Positions 1 to 13,171 of a stretch of DNA of 64,000 nucleotides are shown here, piece by piece. The stretch lies in the NCBI RefSeq assembly GCF_009914755.1, contig NC_060939.1; one strand, given 5' to 3'. Under the pieces are notes generated by a model. That model saw nothing but the letters and a program-made list of their open reading frames with translations, was not told the DNA's origin and ran no database searches. Every line of letters begins with the position of its first letter. The first letter of the stretch is position 1. The position numbers and the translations under genes are program-made. This DNA comes from the human T2T-CHM13v2.0 reference genome, Homo sapiens.

Positions 1-661
1 TACATATGTGAATATTATTCACACATAATATGTGAATAATACATTTCTGCTCCCTTGGCCTGACCTAGTGGAAAATCTTTAACCATTGAGCTTCTTTATG
101 CAGGGACATTTCTACCTGAGCACTCTGGGTAGGATACACTTCTTTTCTCCACACCTGACCCCCTTGTGGTCACAGGGAGGTACGTATGGAAATGGTGCTG
201 GCAGCAGGTAGACACCTTCCCCACATACCCTATCTTCTCTCTTCTTCCCCCCCTACTCCAGGCATCGTGGGGTGGGCGGATAAAGAGCAACCCAGGTGGA
301 TGGAGAGTGAAGCTAGGCTGGCTGGGGGGGTATCCCCGTGGGATTTCCTGACTCATGATAAAACAGTGGCACACAGAGGAACACACCCAGCCCTGCAAAT
401 ATATCACAGTACCTTTGTTTTAGTCCAACTTTGGATGGAGTCTTCGGCTCTCAACTTTATGCCAGTGTTGTAAATTTAATTTACAACCTCAGAAAATGAA
501 AATTCAATCATTAAATGTGAAACCTCACTTGACTAAACTATCCTAGTCTATTTAACTTAATGGGCAACATATTTTCATGAGAAACAGCAGACAATCTATT
601 AAAGTGACCTTAGAGATTTAAAGGGCATTAAAGGGCATTAAAATAGCAATGCTGCATCTGA

Positions 662-978
662 TTTTTTTTATTTTTTTATTTATTTTTTATTTTTTTTTGA
701 GACAGAGTCTCACTCTGTCACCCAGGCTGGAGTGCAGTGGCGCGATCTCGGCTCACGGCAAGCTCCGCCTCCCAGGTTCACGCCATTCTCCTGCCTCAGC
801 CTCCTGAGTAGCTGGGACTACAAGTGCCCGCCACCACGCCCGGCTAATTTTTTGTTTTTTAGTAGAGACGGGGTTTCACCGTGTTAGCCAGGATGGTCTC
901 GATCTCCAGACCTCGTGATCCACCTGCCTCGGCCTCCCAAAGTGCTGGGATTACAGGTGTGAGCCACCGCGCCTGGCC
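662..978 (-). mobile_element. AluY, full length
   Basis: Poly-T tail, then a reverse Alu with Y diagnostics (gcaagctccgcc, ccgtgttagccaggatggtctcgatc). TSD tgcatctgattttttt on both sides. Confidence 0.95.
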
Positions 979-1189
979 TGCATCTGATTTTTTTTAACTT
1001 TCCAATTGGAATTTGTTTTTCACTGGAAAGGGAAGAAATTCTCTTTTCTTTTATTTCTTCTTTCTTTCTTTTTTTATTTTTCTTGTATTTTTATTATTTG
1101 TTTCTATAAAACAAATAGCTTTTTAGCATGCAGGACTCAAAATTTATGAAAACTTAAAAGACCTACCAACGGTCTGGTCTACTACTGAT

Positions 1190-1346
1190 AAGGCCTCCAG
1201 TTGCATCCATGTTGCTGCAAAGGACATGATATCATTCTTTTTTATGGCTGCAGAGTATTCCGTCGTGTATATGTGCCATCTTTTCTTTATCCAGTCCACC
1301 ACTGATGGACACCCAGGTTGGTTCCATGTGTTTGCTATTGTGATTA
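1190..1346 (-). mobile_element. L1 (L1PB/L1MA-type) ORF2 3'-end fragment
   Basis: Reverse translation WNQPGCPSVVDWIKKRWHIYTTEYSAAIKKNDIMSFAATWMQLE matches the L1 ORF2 C-terminus. Confidence 0.85.
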
Positions 1347-1449
1347 GTGTTGTGTTGGTATCTGAATTTCTAACACAAGCACAGAGCACTTTGTGCAAGT
1401 CAGTGAACAGCATTTCTCTTTTGGATCCTCCAGCCATCATCCAAAGTCA

Positions 1450-1625
1450 CAGTGCAACTCTGGACAAAGGCACAACATCTCTGAGCTGTTGTTTCCTCAT
1501 CTGTGAAACAGGGGAAAGAGTCTCTACATGAGGCATTATAGGGAGGATTAAACAAAACACCATAATAAAAAGCATGCAGCACAGTTCCTGGCATTCTGCA
1601 GAAACTCCATACATAGTTATTAATG
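1450..1625 (+). mobile_element. MIR
   Basis: MIR core ctctgagc...gtttcctcatctgtgaaacagggg and 3' part aaagcatgcagcacagttcctggca. Confidence 0.75.
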
Positions 1626-2591
1626 ACTCCTCCTTGTCTTAAATAGGAGGGATGAGAACAAACACCTTGCTTTGTCCCAGTCTTAACCATGATGTCATTT
1701 GCAGATTTTCCTTAGTTAGCTAGATTCTTCTTTGACAATGTGGGAGCTAACATCTCACTATCTTATAAGATTGTTGTAAGATCCAAACAAAACAATGTGT
1801 GAGAGAACTTTATAAGCTATAGATTATTCTATGTCAGCTGTTGGCATTCATTGAATCACAAAACAACTAAGGAACAAAACAAAAAAGAAAAGTACAGCAC
1901 AGTCTGTGAAAAAGGATTGCCAAAATGACACATTTCAAAGATACACATTGAGAACACAGTTATTGTTTTTACTAATTAATAAAGTGGACATATTTCCTCC
2001 ATTTGTGATGATACTATCCTTTTCAAAATTGATGATCCATTCAAAGCCAAACGCTTTTACATAAACTTAATATATTTTTGTTTATCAAAGACTGTTGTCA
2101 TTCTTAAAAGTCACTTTTTATCAATCCTCCTCTACAGGATAAACTTTCAGGCAAGCTCAGAGTTCATTGGTTTTGGGATATCCATTACCCTTTCTCTTTA
2201 TCAGACAGTTGATGATACTTTAGCCTCTGAGTGTGGTCTGCTCAGAAAGAAAGGGTGCCATAGTCCTGGACCTGGACTTTAAAACTAGGAATGCTCTCTC
2301 TCTCTTTATGTCTCTTTCTTAAGGCTGCATTTATATCTCATCAGAGCAACATTCAAACCTGCCCACACGTAGGAATTTGGTGTTTTCTACTCTCTTACCG
2401 CCCTGGCAAAATTTTAATTTCAAATCTATGTATTTTTTCCCTTCTTATATAGTTGGAAAGAAAAAGCTCTTCTTCCCTTAGAAGAAGGAGAGAAAATCTC
2501 TTTGATGTTCAAATTTTCATTTGTGATTCAGAAACCTCCCTGCCCACAACAGTAATTGTAAACTCAAAGAGAAACTTGTTTGATAGGGTTT

Positions 2592-2640
2592 TGTGTGTGC
2601 GTGCGCATGCGTGTGTGTGTGTGTGTGTGTGTGGAGAGAG
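2592..2640. repeat. (TG)n/(GC) alternating purine-pyrimidine microsatellite followed by (GA)n
   Basis: tgtgtgtgcgtgcgcatgcgtgtgtg... seen directly. Confidence 0.95.
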
Positions 2641-3671
2641 AAACCTTTTTTAAATGATCAAACACGGATATAAAACCACTATAATTAGCTGGTTCAACAC
2701 CGCACCATCCAAGTGGTGCTTGCTTTGAATTTTCAACCATCATAAGGCCGTGTCTTCATGGCTTTATACAATTACCCATTTTCACTAAAATAGGCTGCCT
2801 TGATCATTATTTCTGTGTAATCCATAAAATTAGTTGTGCCATTACTATGGTTGTTAACAATAAAGCATGCTAATTGGTGGTTGCAATCCAGAAATTTGTA
2901 GCTGGCTTAAACCAGGCACAAAAGGATGGAAGAGCCACAGTCCTGATGCAACCAGGACAAAGTGTGATGAGGCAGTAAAGGGAGGTGAGTGGAGCTTATG
3001 TCTTAACAGGAACAGATACTTCTGCTGTACTTGCCAAGGGAGCTGTGTCCTGCCTGGGACGGAGCCAGGTTCAATCTGTCCAAAAGCCCTCCTACTGCCA
3101 TGGCGGAGCCCCAGAAGCAAGCCCAGATTTGCACTAGAGGTGACAATACAGGAGACTGAAAGAGGTTCAGTGGACACATCAGATAGGCTGATGAAAGCTG
3201 GAGTTCTGAATGGAACCAGGACAGACCTGGAGCCCCACCAGGAACTGGAACTCAAGAGGGACTCACAGTTGATAACAGAACCAGCCTCCAGTGCATTAGC
3301 ACATGGGGGCCCCATACTGGCCAGCTCCACATTTGTTGAGTGGGATTTAGTCTATTTTCTGGAGTAATAATTAGAAAGCCCCAAATTGCTTTCAGGTGTT
3401 GACCAAAATAAGCATTTGGGCCATCTGTCAACTGAGTCAGCGTTTTACAAAGCAAAACGCCCTTTAGAAGGGTTTCCAAACTCAGGCCGAGTCCTCTTGG
3501 GAGGTTTCCTAAGTTTCACAGGCATTCACACTAAAAGTTTCCTCCACATTCCGAACGGTAGCAACCGTGGTGTCATCTGGGCCTATTTCATCCTCAGCGA
3601 AGAGTCAGATAGGAAATTATGGGAAATCATCTTTCTCTTAAGTGCCTCAAAAAACGACTGTGCAGGGGATC

Positions 3672-4041
3672 TGCAGTGGGCTGAATGTTTGCGCCCACCC
3701 CCAAATTCATATGCTGAAATCCTAACCCCCAAGGTGATGGTACTAGAAGGTGGGGCCATTGAGTGGGGATTAGACCACAACAGTAGAGCCATCGTGATGG
3801 GTTAGTGCCCTTACAAAAGGGACACCAGAGAGCTCTCTCATTTTGCCATCATGTGAGGATACCAGAAGAAGACAGCAATCTGCATCCTGGAAGACAGGGA
3901 GCCCTCCCCAGAACCTGACCATGCCAGCAGCACCCTGATCTCAGACTTCCAGCTTCCAGAACTGAGAGAAATAAATGTTTGTTGTTTGTAAGCCGCCCAG
4001 TCTGTGACACTCTGTTTTTGTCAGCCTGACTCAGATGAGAC
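3672..4041 (+). mobile_element. MaLR solo LTR (MLT1A0-like)
   Basis: ccccaaattcatatgctgaaatcctaacccccaaggtgatggta...cagacttccagcttccagaactgagagaaataaatg resembles the MLT1A consensus. Confidence 0.85.
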
Positions 4042-4654
4042 GTAGGCAGTTCTAGAGTGGAGACAAGGCACCACCTCCAGGAGCAGCACAGCACACTGCC
4101 AAGGCAAGCTCTGGAATGGCCCCACGGCCAATGGATATGGCTGCCTCTGCAGCCTCCCAGATGGTGGCAAGAAGAAGACAGGCAGGCTGAGGTCGCTACA
4201 ATTAGGTGGAGGCAAGGGAGGTCGAACAGGAACCCACGTGAGCCCATGAATGGCTCTACGGCAGCCAGGAGGACAGTTTGTAGGGAAGCGCCATCGGGTT
4301 CTATCCAGCTGTAAACCCCCATCAACCTGGAATGAGCCAGAAGAGACTTAGCAAAACTGAGTGGAGCTGGGAGATAGATAAATATATCGGGGGATAGAAT
4401 CAGAATCCAAATGTGAGTGTCCATAGAGATTGTCATAATCGCACACAATGAGTCTAAAATGTGGATGAACATACAGCTCTTCACTTGCGTGTAGAAGTCA
4501 GGGCTCAATCCTAGGAAGGGAATTGGAGGAGGAATGTGATTTCTTACAAAGAGGATGCATCAAAAAGACTCGGGTTCTGAAGTGAACAGAAAACCTCATC
4601 ATGCCATTTCCTACTTAAAAGGGCTTGGCAACAGTGCAAGGCAGAACCCTGGCC

Positions 4655-5140
4655 ACGATTCACAGGCCCTCTCAAGACCAGGCCGGCTCCAGCATCTGGC
4701 CTCCTCCTAACCTCCTCTGGCCTTGCTCTCTCATCCAGTCCCTCCTATCCAGGACATCCAGTCATTCACTGGCACACCACGCCCTTCCTCGCCTTCGGGT
4801 TTTGGGTGTGCTGTTCCCTCTCTAGGTGCACTTGCCACACCCCCTTCCCACTCCTGCTCTACCTGGTGAGCAACTGTGCAGCCTATAGGGCTCGACTTCA
4901 ATGCTTCTTCCTCAGGGGGCTTCTCCCCACAACAGAACTAGATATGAGCCCATAGCCTATGTATTAATATAATCCCATCAATGTCTGGCCTCACCTTTCC
5001 TAACACGGTGATTCCTCCATCCAAGTGGATCTTCCTCATCACACTGTGAACTCTCTGCAGGTAAGGGCCACATCTGTCTTGCCCACCGTGCTATCCCTCG
5101 TGCCCAGCACATCATAGGACCCGATTAATAGTGACTAGAA
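4655..5140 (+). mobile_element. L2 3' fragments
   Basis: Degenerate L2 3' end: actgtgaactctctgcaggtaagggccacatctgtcttg...gtgcccagcacatcatagg. Confidence 0.6.
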
Positions 5141-5154
5141 ATCAACACTGATGG

Positions 5155-6480
5155 TTAGTGTGATGTAGCTGCCAAAGAAATCAAAATGGTCTTGAGATGC
5201 ATTAATAAAGCTAATTAACCTAAAGAGCTTCTGCACAGCAAAAGAAACCACCATCAGAGTGAACAGGCAACCTACAGAAAGGGAGAAAATTTTTGCAATC
5301 TACTCATCTGACAAAGGAATCTACAATGAACTCAAACAAATTTACAAGAAAAAAACAAACAACCCCATCAAAAAGTGGGCAAAGGATATGAACAGACTCT
5401 TCTCAGAAGAAGACATATATGTAGCCAAAAGACACATGAAAAAATGCTCATCATCACTGGCCATCAGAGAAATACAAATCAAAACCACAATGATACTGTC
5501 TCACACCAGTTAGAATGGCGATCATTAAAAAGTCAGGAAACAACAGGTGCTGGAGAGGATGTGGAGAAATAGGAACACTTTTATACTGTTGGTGGGACTG
5601 TAAACTTGTTCAACCATTGTGGAAGTCAGTGTGGCGATTCCTCAGGGATCTAGAACTAGAAATACCATTTGACCCAGCCATCCCATTACTGGGTATATAC
5701 CCAAAGGATTATAAATCATGCTGCTATAAAGACACATGCACATGTATGTTTATTGCAGCTCTATTCACGATAGCAAAGACTTGGAACCAACCCAAATGTC
5801 CAACAATGATAAACTGGATTAAGCAAATGTGGCACATATACACCATGGAATACTATGCAGCCATAAAAAATGATGAGTTCGTGTCCTTTGTAGGGACATG
5901 GATGAAGCTGGAAACCGTCATTCTCAGCAAACTATCGAAAGGACAAAAAACCAAACACCGCGTGTTCTCACTCATAGGTGGGAATTGAACAATGAGAACA
6001 CATGGACACAGGAAGGGGAACATCACACACCGGGTCCTGTTGTGGGGTGGGGGTGGGGGGAGGGATAGCATTAGGAGATATACCTAATGTTAAATGACGA
6101 GTTAATGGGTACGGCACACCAGCATGGCACATGTATACATAGGTAACTAACCTGCACATTGTGCACATGTACCCTAAAACTTAAAGTATAATAAAAAAAA
6201 GAAGAAAAAAAAATAGAGGCATATATTCTATGACAAAAGAGGTGACAGACATTTCCTTTGTGTGCCAGTCAGATCACACAGCAGGGCTCATGTTGAGTGC
6301 TACACCAAGATGATGGCTAAGGTAGGAAAGAACGCAAACCATGCCCCCAGTTCCCAGGAACCCAGTTAAAGGAACTGAGCACATTTAGGCTGGAAACAAG
6401 ACAGGGAAAGTATGACTGTGGATGCAAGTATCTGCAGAGCTCTTCTGTGACAAGGGAGATGTCTGATCTGCAGAGAGAAG
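5155..6480 (+). mobile_element. L3/CR1 fragment, split by an L1PA insertion (about 5155-5210 and 6205-6480)
   Basis: gtgtgatgtagctgccaaag...tgcattaata|gaggcata...gtcagatcacac...aaggaactgagcacatttaggctgg resembles the CR1 RT region continuing across the L1. Confidence 0.65.
5211..6212 (+). mobile_element. L1PA3/PA4-like 5'-truncated LINE-1 (ORF2 C-terminus, 3'UTR, polyA)
   Basis: ORF 5515-5988 translates to the L1 ORF2 C-terminus ([27 protein letters not shown]...SLIGGN). G-rich 3'UTR gttaaatgacgagttaatggg and an A tail follow. Confidence 0.95.
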
Positions 6481-7785
6481 GTGGTAGCATGACACCTGCT
6501 CAGGTCCCCTGTCACTGAAAATGTTCAACCTGACTTTTTCCAGCCATTTGACAAGGGTCCCAGTGCTGGTTGGACTGTAAGACCTTTTCTTTCTCTTCCC
6601 TCCTGGAGGGTCCAAGCATCTCCAAGCTGTTGCTCTCGGCCTCCTTGGCTGGAGGAGAATATGGGACCTAGTTTCTCTGCAACATTCTCTGAGCTTATGC
6701 ACCTGGTAGGCAATGACTGGGGGGCTTATAATCTACTAAGCTAAAATAGCAACTGGCCACTCAAAATCATTCTCACGCTTAAAGGAACATTTCTTAAAAT
6801 GGCCCATTTGTATCTGGCTTCTGGGAATTGATATCTCCGAAAGAAAATGAACAATTGAAATCCAAAGTACTAATGAAAAAATGCATCCATGCACACGGCA
6901 TGATGTTGCAGGAAAATGGCTCTATCTCTGTTACCTTTCGGCCTATGAGGGTTTGGACTCATGGCATTATCCTCAGGACCCTGTTCAGGCACAGCTTCCA
7001 GGGCTTAGAAGTCAGAGGACTGAAGGCAGAAGCCGAAGAACACTCCCGTTTTCAAATCCCCTGAAATCTCTCTGCAGCTTCTCTCGCCACTTTTGCATAA
7101 AAGGTTGGGAGTGCTAAAAATCACATTTGAATTTTAGAATCTCATTCCCTACCAGAAACCCAGGCTATTTCTCTCCCCGAAACATCAGCCTGTATTGAAA
7201 GCCTGGCAATTTGCTGGCCAGACTCCCTATTAGCTTTGCCTTAAAGCCTGCATGCGAGGCCACCCTTCCTAAAAGTCCACACACCTGACCCTGGATATTT
7301 TCTTGCTGTCTCCTCTCTCCCTGAAGTGTTAAAAGGGTACACTCTGCTCTAAGATCCATTTCTCTCTCCCCGCAACAAGTACTTTCCTCCCCATTTGTAA
7401 CAGCCCCTAATATGCACCTCCATTCGATTTTCCTTACCCAGCTTGAAATCCTCTCATTCTAATTACCGTTTCAGTTTTCTTATATTTCTCCCTCGAGATG
7501 TCTCAATTAGTGTACTTTTTCATGCCGCCTGTCACCTCTGAGCTGCAAGGTAGGTCTAACTCCAACCGAAACCACACAGAAAATAAATGAGGAGCCGTCC
7601 TGGGAGGCCGGGCCGAAGGTGGGGTTACTTTACAAACTAGCGCACCTTTAATTGATGATAAATGGACAGGAAAGTAGCCTTATTAATACAGCAGCCCTGA
7701 TTTGGTTGGCATGCAGTGTCCTTTCATTACTCAAAGGTACAGAGGAAGCAGGCCACGTTCAGTCCTGGGTGAGGAACTTCCATTC

Positions 7786-7814
7786 AGAGAGAGAGAGAGA
7801 GAGACAGAGAGAGA
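7786..7814. repeat. (GA)n microsatellite
   Basis: agagagagagagagagacagagagaga. Confidence 0.9.
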
Positions 7815-8575
7815 CTGCACCACGGCTAATTAACATAGTTCTGGTCAAAGTCGGAAATTAACTCGCCTCTTTAAGACCACAGCTAAAAATGCCATTTGTC
7901 TTCTCTGTAATTACACTTATAGGTGATTATACCCATAGACTACAGCAAGTTAAATGAAGGTAGGGCTTTCTCTCCCTATCACATAACTCTTTTCATTCCA
8001 ACCCTGTCAAAAGAGTAAACAAAAATAAAGGTGTCTGCCACCGAATATTTTTTCATTAATGAGTGCTTTGTTGTCTTAAGGCTTCTCTGGAAAGCTGCAA
8101 TTGTGTGGTGTTTATTCCTTTGTTCCCCTGGGAATCCAGAGTCCTTACCTGAAACTCTCAGAATTTACAAACACACAGAAGGCAAGTTGGACTTTAAAAA
8201 GCACTTTCCAACCACCAACATCAGCTTTGGTCTATCAAGGAAGGTGTAAGGACCGGGAAAATCACCTTCCCCTTTTCACCTTGGCCCTTCAGTCTGCAGA
8301 TCTATCACATCCTGTCTAATGCAAATCAGCCCACACTTCCTTCCCATCACCTTAACTCTTATTTGACTAGTATCTTTCTAAGGACCTTTTGGGGGCCAAA
8401 TAACTAAGAACGTGCACACAGGGAAGTGACCTTTAACCCCATGCTGGCTGGCAATAAATATGCGTCCCTTCTATCCCAGACACAAGCATGGGAGCCAGGG
8501 ATGTGGCTAGCCAGTTCCCACTCTCCCCATGCCACTGCGCAGAGGACAGGAGAGCTCCATTAGAATTCAACTGTT

Positions 8576-8737
8576 GAGTCAGGAGTTTGAGACCAACCTG
8601 ACCAATATGGTGAAACCCCGTCTCTACTAAAAATACAAAAAAATTATCCAAATGTGGTGGCACGTGCCTGGTAATCCCAGCTACTTGGGAGGCTGGGGCA
8701 GGAGAATCACTAGAACCCAGGAAGCAGAGGTTCAGTG
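8576..8737 (+). mobile_element. AluS internal fragment, truncated at both ends
   Basis: Runs from the B-box region through the A-linker to gaggttcagtg. No 5' end and no polyA. Confidence 0.9.
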
Positions 8738-8830
8738 CAGAGAGGGTCTGTGCTTTCTCAATGATGATGCAATTTCTGTGACCCTGGAGATGCATCACAT
8801 TCCCCACTAGTGGAACCTTCTGAGTGTTGC

Positions 8831-9189
8831 TAGTATGGTTTGTCTGTGTCTCCACCCAAATCTCATCTTGCACTGTAGCTCCCACAATTCTCACGTTTTG
8901 TGGGAAGGACCCAGTGGGAGGTAATTGAATCACAGGGTCAAGTCTTTCCCATGCTGCTCTTGGGATAGTGAGTAAGTCTCATAAGATATGATGGGTTTAT
9001 AAAGGGCAGTTCCCCTGCACAAGCTCTCTCTGTTGTCTGCCCCCACGTAAGACGTGCCTTTCACCTTCCACCGTGATTGTGAGGCCTCCACAGCCACATG
9101 GAACTGTGAGTCCACTAAACCTCTTTTTCTTTATAAATTACTCAGTCTCGGATATGTCTTTATCAGCAGCAAAAAAATGGACTCGTACA
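8831..9189 (+). mobile_element. THE1 (THE1B-like) solo LTR
   Basis: tatggtttgtctgtgtctccacccaaatctcatcttg...ggactcgtaca. 5-bp TSD gttgc/gttgg. Confidence 0.9.
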
Positions 9190-9449
9190 GTTGGCTTAGT
9201 GAGAAAGGCAGCCTGAGTCTGGGAGTGCTCAGCGGGTCCCACCTTCAGGGAGGCACTCCAAGGAGTTATCAAGGGGCTGCTCAATGCCAGGGGAGACCCC
9301 CCCGTTCCCCCAGATGACCAGCGCAGAAAATGGAGAAGCAGGAGGCATAGCCCTTCCCTATAACCTTCCCTGTGCCCTGGGTACCTTGGCCCGGGTGCCT
9401 CAGCCATGAAGGTGGGCTTCACTGCCTGCAATGCTGGGACTGCGGTCTG

Positions 9450-10060
9450 GGGTGGGAAAGGAGAATCATCCAGGCCTGGAATGCTCAGGTCATAGAACTG
9501 GCTCATCCTAGCCACTTAGGTCTTCATTCAAATGTCACCCTCTTCCAGTCCTCACCTTCCTGTCACATGACCCTGTCCTGTTCTGTATGGCACTCGTTTT
9601 GCTCTAATATTATCTCAGTTATTTGTCTCTGTTATTCCTCACTCTTTCCAATGCTTAGCACACAGTAGGGGCTCACATGTTTATCTACCACTGTCCTCTG
9701 AAAATTACATGCTCTCTAGCCACAAGGCCTCCACCCCTGTGGCTTTCTCTGTCTGGCCTGCTGTTATTTCCCATGCCCACTCAAGAGACTTCTATTCATC
9801 CTTGAAAACCCAGATCAAACTTTACTCCCCAGGGACACTCCATTCAAGCAGGAATCTTACTCTCCCCTCTACAATCTCCTATCCCTTTATCTACATCTGA
9901 CTTGTAACCCTTCAAACAGGGTATGGAAACTTTTCATTTTAGAACTATCCTTAAATAGATGATAAACCTTTTGTCAGGCCAGTGTGTCTTATCTGGTGTC
10001 CCCCGAGACAGCAGCAGCCACAACGCAAGTGCTCTGTAAATGTTTGTGGAAGCTGTTAAT
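9450..10060 (+). mobile_element. L2 fragments
   Basis: Degenerate L2 3' motifs: caaatgtcacc, aatgcttagcacacagtagggg, gtgctctgtaaatgtttg. Confidence 0.5.
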
Positions 10061-10459
10061 GGATGACAAAGACTAGGAAGTTATCTCTTCCTGAATGCAG
10101 GGTGCTAGGGACATTATTATTTTCCACATCTCATTAATAAGGAACGGTGACGTGGGGATGTGGTTACCGTCTGGAGTCCTGCAATGTTTAAACTAACAAT
10201 CATTGCCTTAGAAAGCTCACTCTTCTTAAAGGGTTCTCTGTGCCCAACCTATGGTTTCATTTACATAGTGCAGATCTTTTCTTTGTGGGTGATACAAAGG
10301 GACACTTCAACCTCAGCCTGGTGGAATTTTCAGATTCCAAATTAAGGAAGTGTTAAAATGCAAAAGATCCATTACATCCTTCCTGAAGACATTCTTTCGC
10401 ATCCAATATACTTCCTGAGGAAGTTACCAACATCTCATTACTTGCAGGACTCAAGAAGT

Positions 10460-10690
10460 CTAGTAGAAAGAGTGTGGGACTTGAAACAAGGCAGATTTGT
10501 GTTTAAAGGTCCTACCCAGGTGACTTCAGGCAAGTCACTTAACCTCTCTGAGCCTCAGTTTGTCATCTGTACAATGGGGATGATAATACCCACATCAAAG
10601 TTTCATTGTGAAGACTGAATACTACATGCTCTAATCTATGAAGTATCTAACACAGAGTCAGAAGCCTGGGTGATCAGTAAAAGTCAGTTC
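10460..10690 (+). mobile_element. MIR
   Basis: gtgacttcaggcaagtcacttaacctctctgagcctcagtttgtcatctgtacaatggggatgataatacc. Confidence 0.85.
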
Positions 10691-10751
10691 TTTTCGCTTC
10701 CCTTCCTATGTTGTCCTTGTTTTTCTTCCCGAAAAGAGAGAATGTCTAGAG

Positions 10752-10982
10752 CAGGGTTTTCCAGCCCCAGCACTGTTGACATTTTGAGCCTGATCATTCC
10801 TTGTTGTGGGGGGCTGTTGTGGGGGGCTGTTCTGCAGATTTTAGGATGTTTAGCAGTATCCCTGGCCTCTACGCACTAGAAGTCACCAGCACCCACCTCC
10901 CCAGTGATGCCAATCCCAAAAATGTCACCAGACATTGTCAATTGCCCTTGGAGACAAAATTGCACCCAGTAGAGAATCAGTG
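10752..10982 (+). mobile_element. MER20 (hAT-Charlie MITE)
   Basis: Termini cagggttttcc...gagaatcagtg and internal cagcactgttgacattttg. 8-bp TSD gtctagag/gcctaggg. Confidence 0.85.
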
Positions 10983-11217
10983 GCCTAGGGTTCTATAACT
11001 GGAATGTCACCTAGTAAGGAAAGTTGCTTGCTTTTCCTGCAGGACCTGTTCTGAATGGTGCTGAAGCCCCATGTGACAGAGTCCATGCCCATCAGGAGGC
11101 TGACCTTCAGGACAAGAGAGGATGCATTCTTAACCACAGCTGTCAATGGCAGCCTGATTCTTTCACGCTGAAAACCGGATCACTGCATCTTATAGCAATC
11201 GACATTCCCAGCACATG

Positions 11218-11345
11218 ACCATTCAGTCAACAACTTTTAACTGAGCATCTACTAGGTACCAGGCCTCTGTGCTAGGCGCTGGGGGGCACAACAGTGAGTA
11301 AATACCTGCCCACATAGAGTGTATTCTCTAGTGGAGGCCACGAAC
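11218..11345 (-). mobile_element. L2 3' end
   Basis: cattcagtcaacaac...ctgagcatctactaggtaccaggcctctgtgctaggcgctgggg. Confidence 0.7.
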
Positions 11346-11733
11346 AATACCCAATGGATAGAAAATTTCAAGAAGACGGAAGTGATATGAAGACCACTAG
11401 AGAAGGGGTAGGGAGACTTTAGATAGTGAGAGACAGTCACTTCTATAGGACCACACCTGACTTCTCCCTGCTGTAAGTCAGGACAGTGGCAGAGATGTGC
11501 ACCCCTAGAGATGGATGCATTTTGCTAATGACAGAAGATCCCCCTACTCACAGCCAGTAATGTCATCTGAGACACAGCCAGGAAGGCCCTGCATAGCAAT
11601 AAAAGTCTTCATTGCTCCCGTCCCTACCCTGCAACATGTTAGTGGCACCAAGATGTCAAATGTCTTAGAAAAAAATAACTTAAAAAACACTAGAGTCCAT
11701 GAACATTGACCTATCCTAGCTCATTTACTATAA

Positions 11734-12119
<386 letters not shown>

Positions 12120-12871
12120 AGTTTTGTTTTAAAGAAGTAGAATTAATGGTTGGGCTGCTTTTGGGCTATAGAACAAATGTACTATACCTTTATTATTAAA
12201 AATGTCTACAAGAAGCATTATTTCTTATAATCAAAAAGTCTCATAAACTTTCCTTAAAGTAGGGGTACCACCATGCCCAGTTTGATCTTGATTTAATAAT
12301 CAGGGTTTCTCACTGATGGAGAAGGTTGTCACAGGAGGGAGCTGATTTCAGACAGAGATTTGTAATATTCAAGCATACAACACAGCCATGGAACTTTTAA
12401 AGCTTGAGTTATTGCGTCCAATCCCGTGGAGCAGGTAGTATGAAACGGTTGGCACTTTAAAAAGTCTTTTTTGATGTGAAAGACTCCACCGTCTCCTTTT
12501 GAAACAAATACAATTACAACTTATGGTGTAAATGCTTAATTTGAGAATGAATGACCCTAGAGCCAAGCAGCTCTCACAGACAGTCCATTGCGCAGGTACA
12601 CGGCTGCAGGACCCTGCAAAGGAGACAATCCCACATATCAGCTCTCCTCGGTCCAGGATCCCAACAGGGAAAAGGCCTCCCTTAACATCTCTAAGCTGAG
12701 AGCATTCTTACGTGTTTTTCTTATGAAATAGTGTGGCTCCAAGCGAACAGTAGCCACTGCACTCAGAACAATTGTCACTTAATGTCCTTCCACTCAACTG
12801 CAGGGTAGCATCCTCTTTCTCAACACAGTCTAATGGCCAAAAAAGCACTCCGCAATATAGAAGGCAGAAGA

Positions 12872-13171
12872 GGCCGGGGACGGTGGCTCACGCCTGTAAT
12901 CCCAGCATTTTGGGCGGCCGAGGCAGGCAGATCCCGAGGTCAGGAGATGGAGACCATCCTGGCTAACAGAGTGAAACCTGTCTCAACTAAAAAAATACAA
13001 AAAAATTAGCCGGGCGTGGTGGTGGGAGCCTGTAGTCCCAGCTACTCAGGAGGCTGAGGCAGGAGAATGGAGTGAAACCGGGAGGTGGAGCTTGCAGTGA
13101 GCGAAGATCGTGCCACTGCAGTCCAACCTGGGCGACAGAGCGAGACTCCAAAAAAAAGAAGAAGAAGAAGA
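12872..13171 (+). mobile_element. AluY-like with (GAA)n tail
   Basis: gagaccatcctggctaac and gagcttgcagtgag. TSD agaaggcagaaga at 12859-12871 and 13172-13184. Confidence 0.95.

Noticed and set aside
2854-3367. Overlapping 158-aa and 166-aa ORFs on opposite strands
   Set aside because: No recognisable homology or exon structure; consistent with chance.
3849-4508. Longest ORF (219 aa, -)
   Set aside because: Non-ATG start, runs into an MLT1A LTR, and has no recognisable domain.
5515-5988. 157-aa ORF (also 41226-41507 and 1144-1440) as genes
   Set aside because: They are C-terminal remnants of L1 ORF2 in 5'-truncated, non-autonomous copies.
8143-8151. Strong minus-strand donor CAG|GTAAGG
   Set aside because: No convincing upstream acceptor to define an exon.
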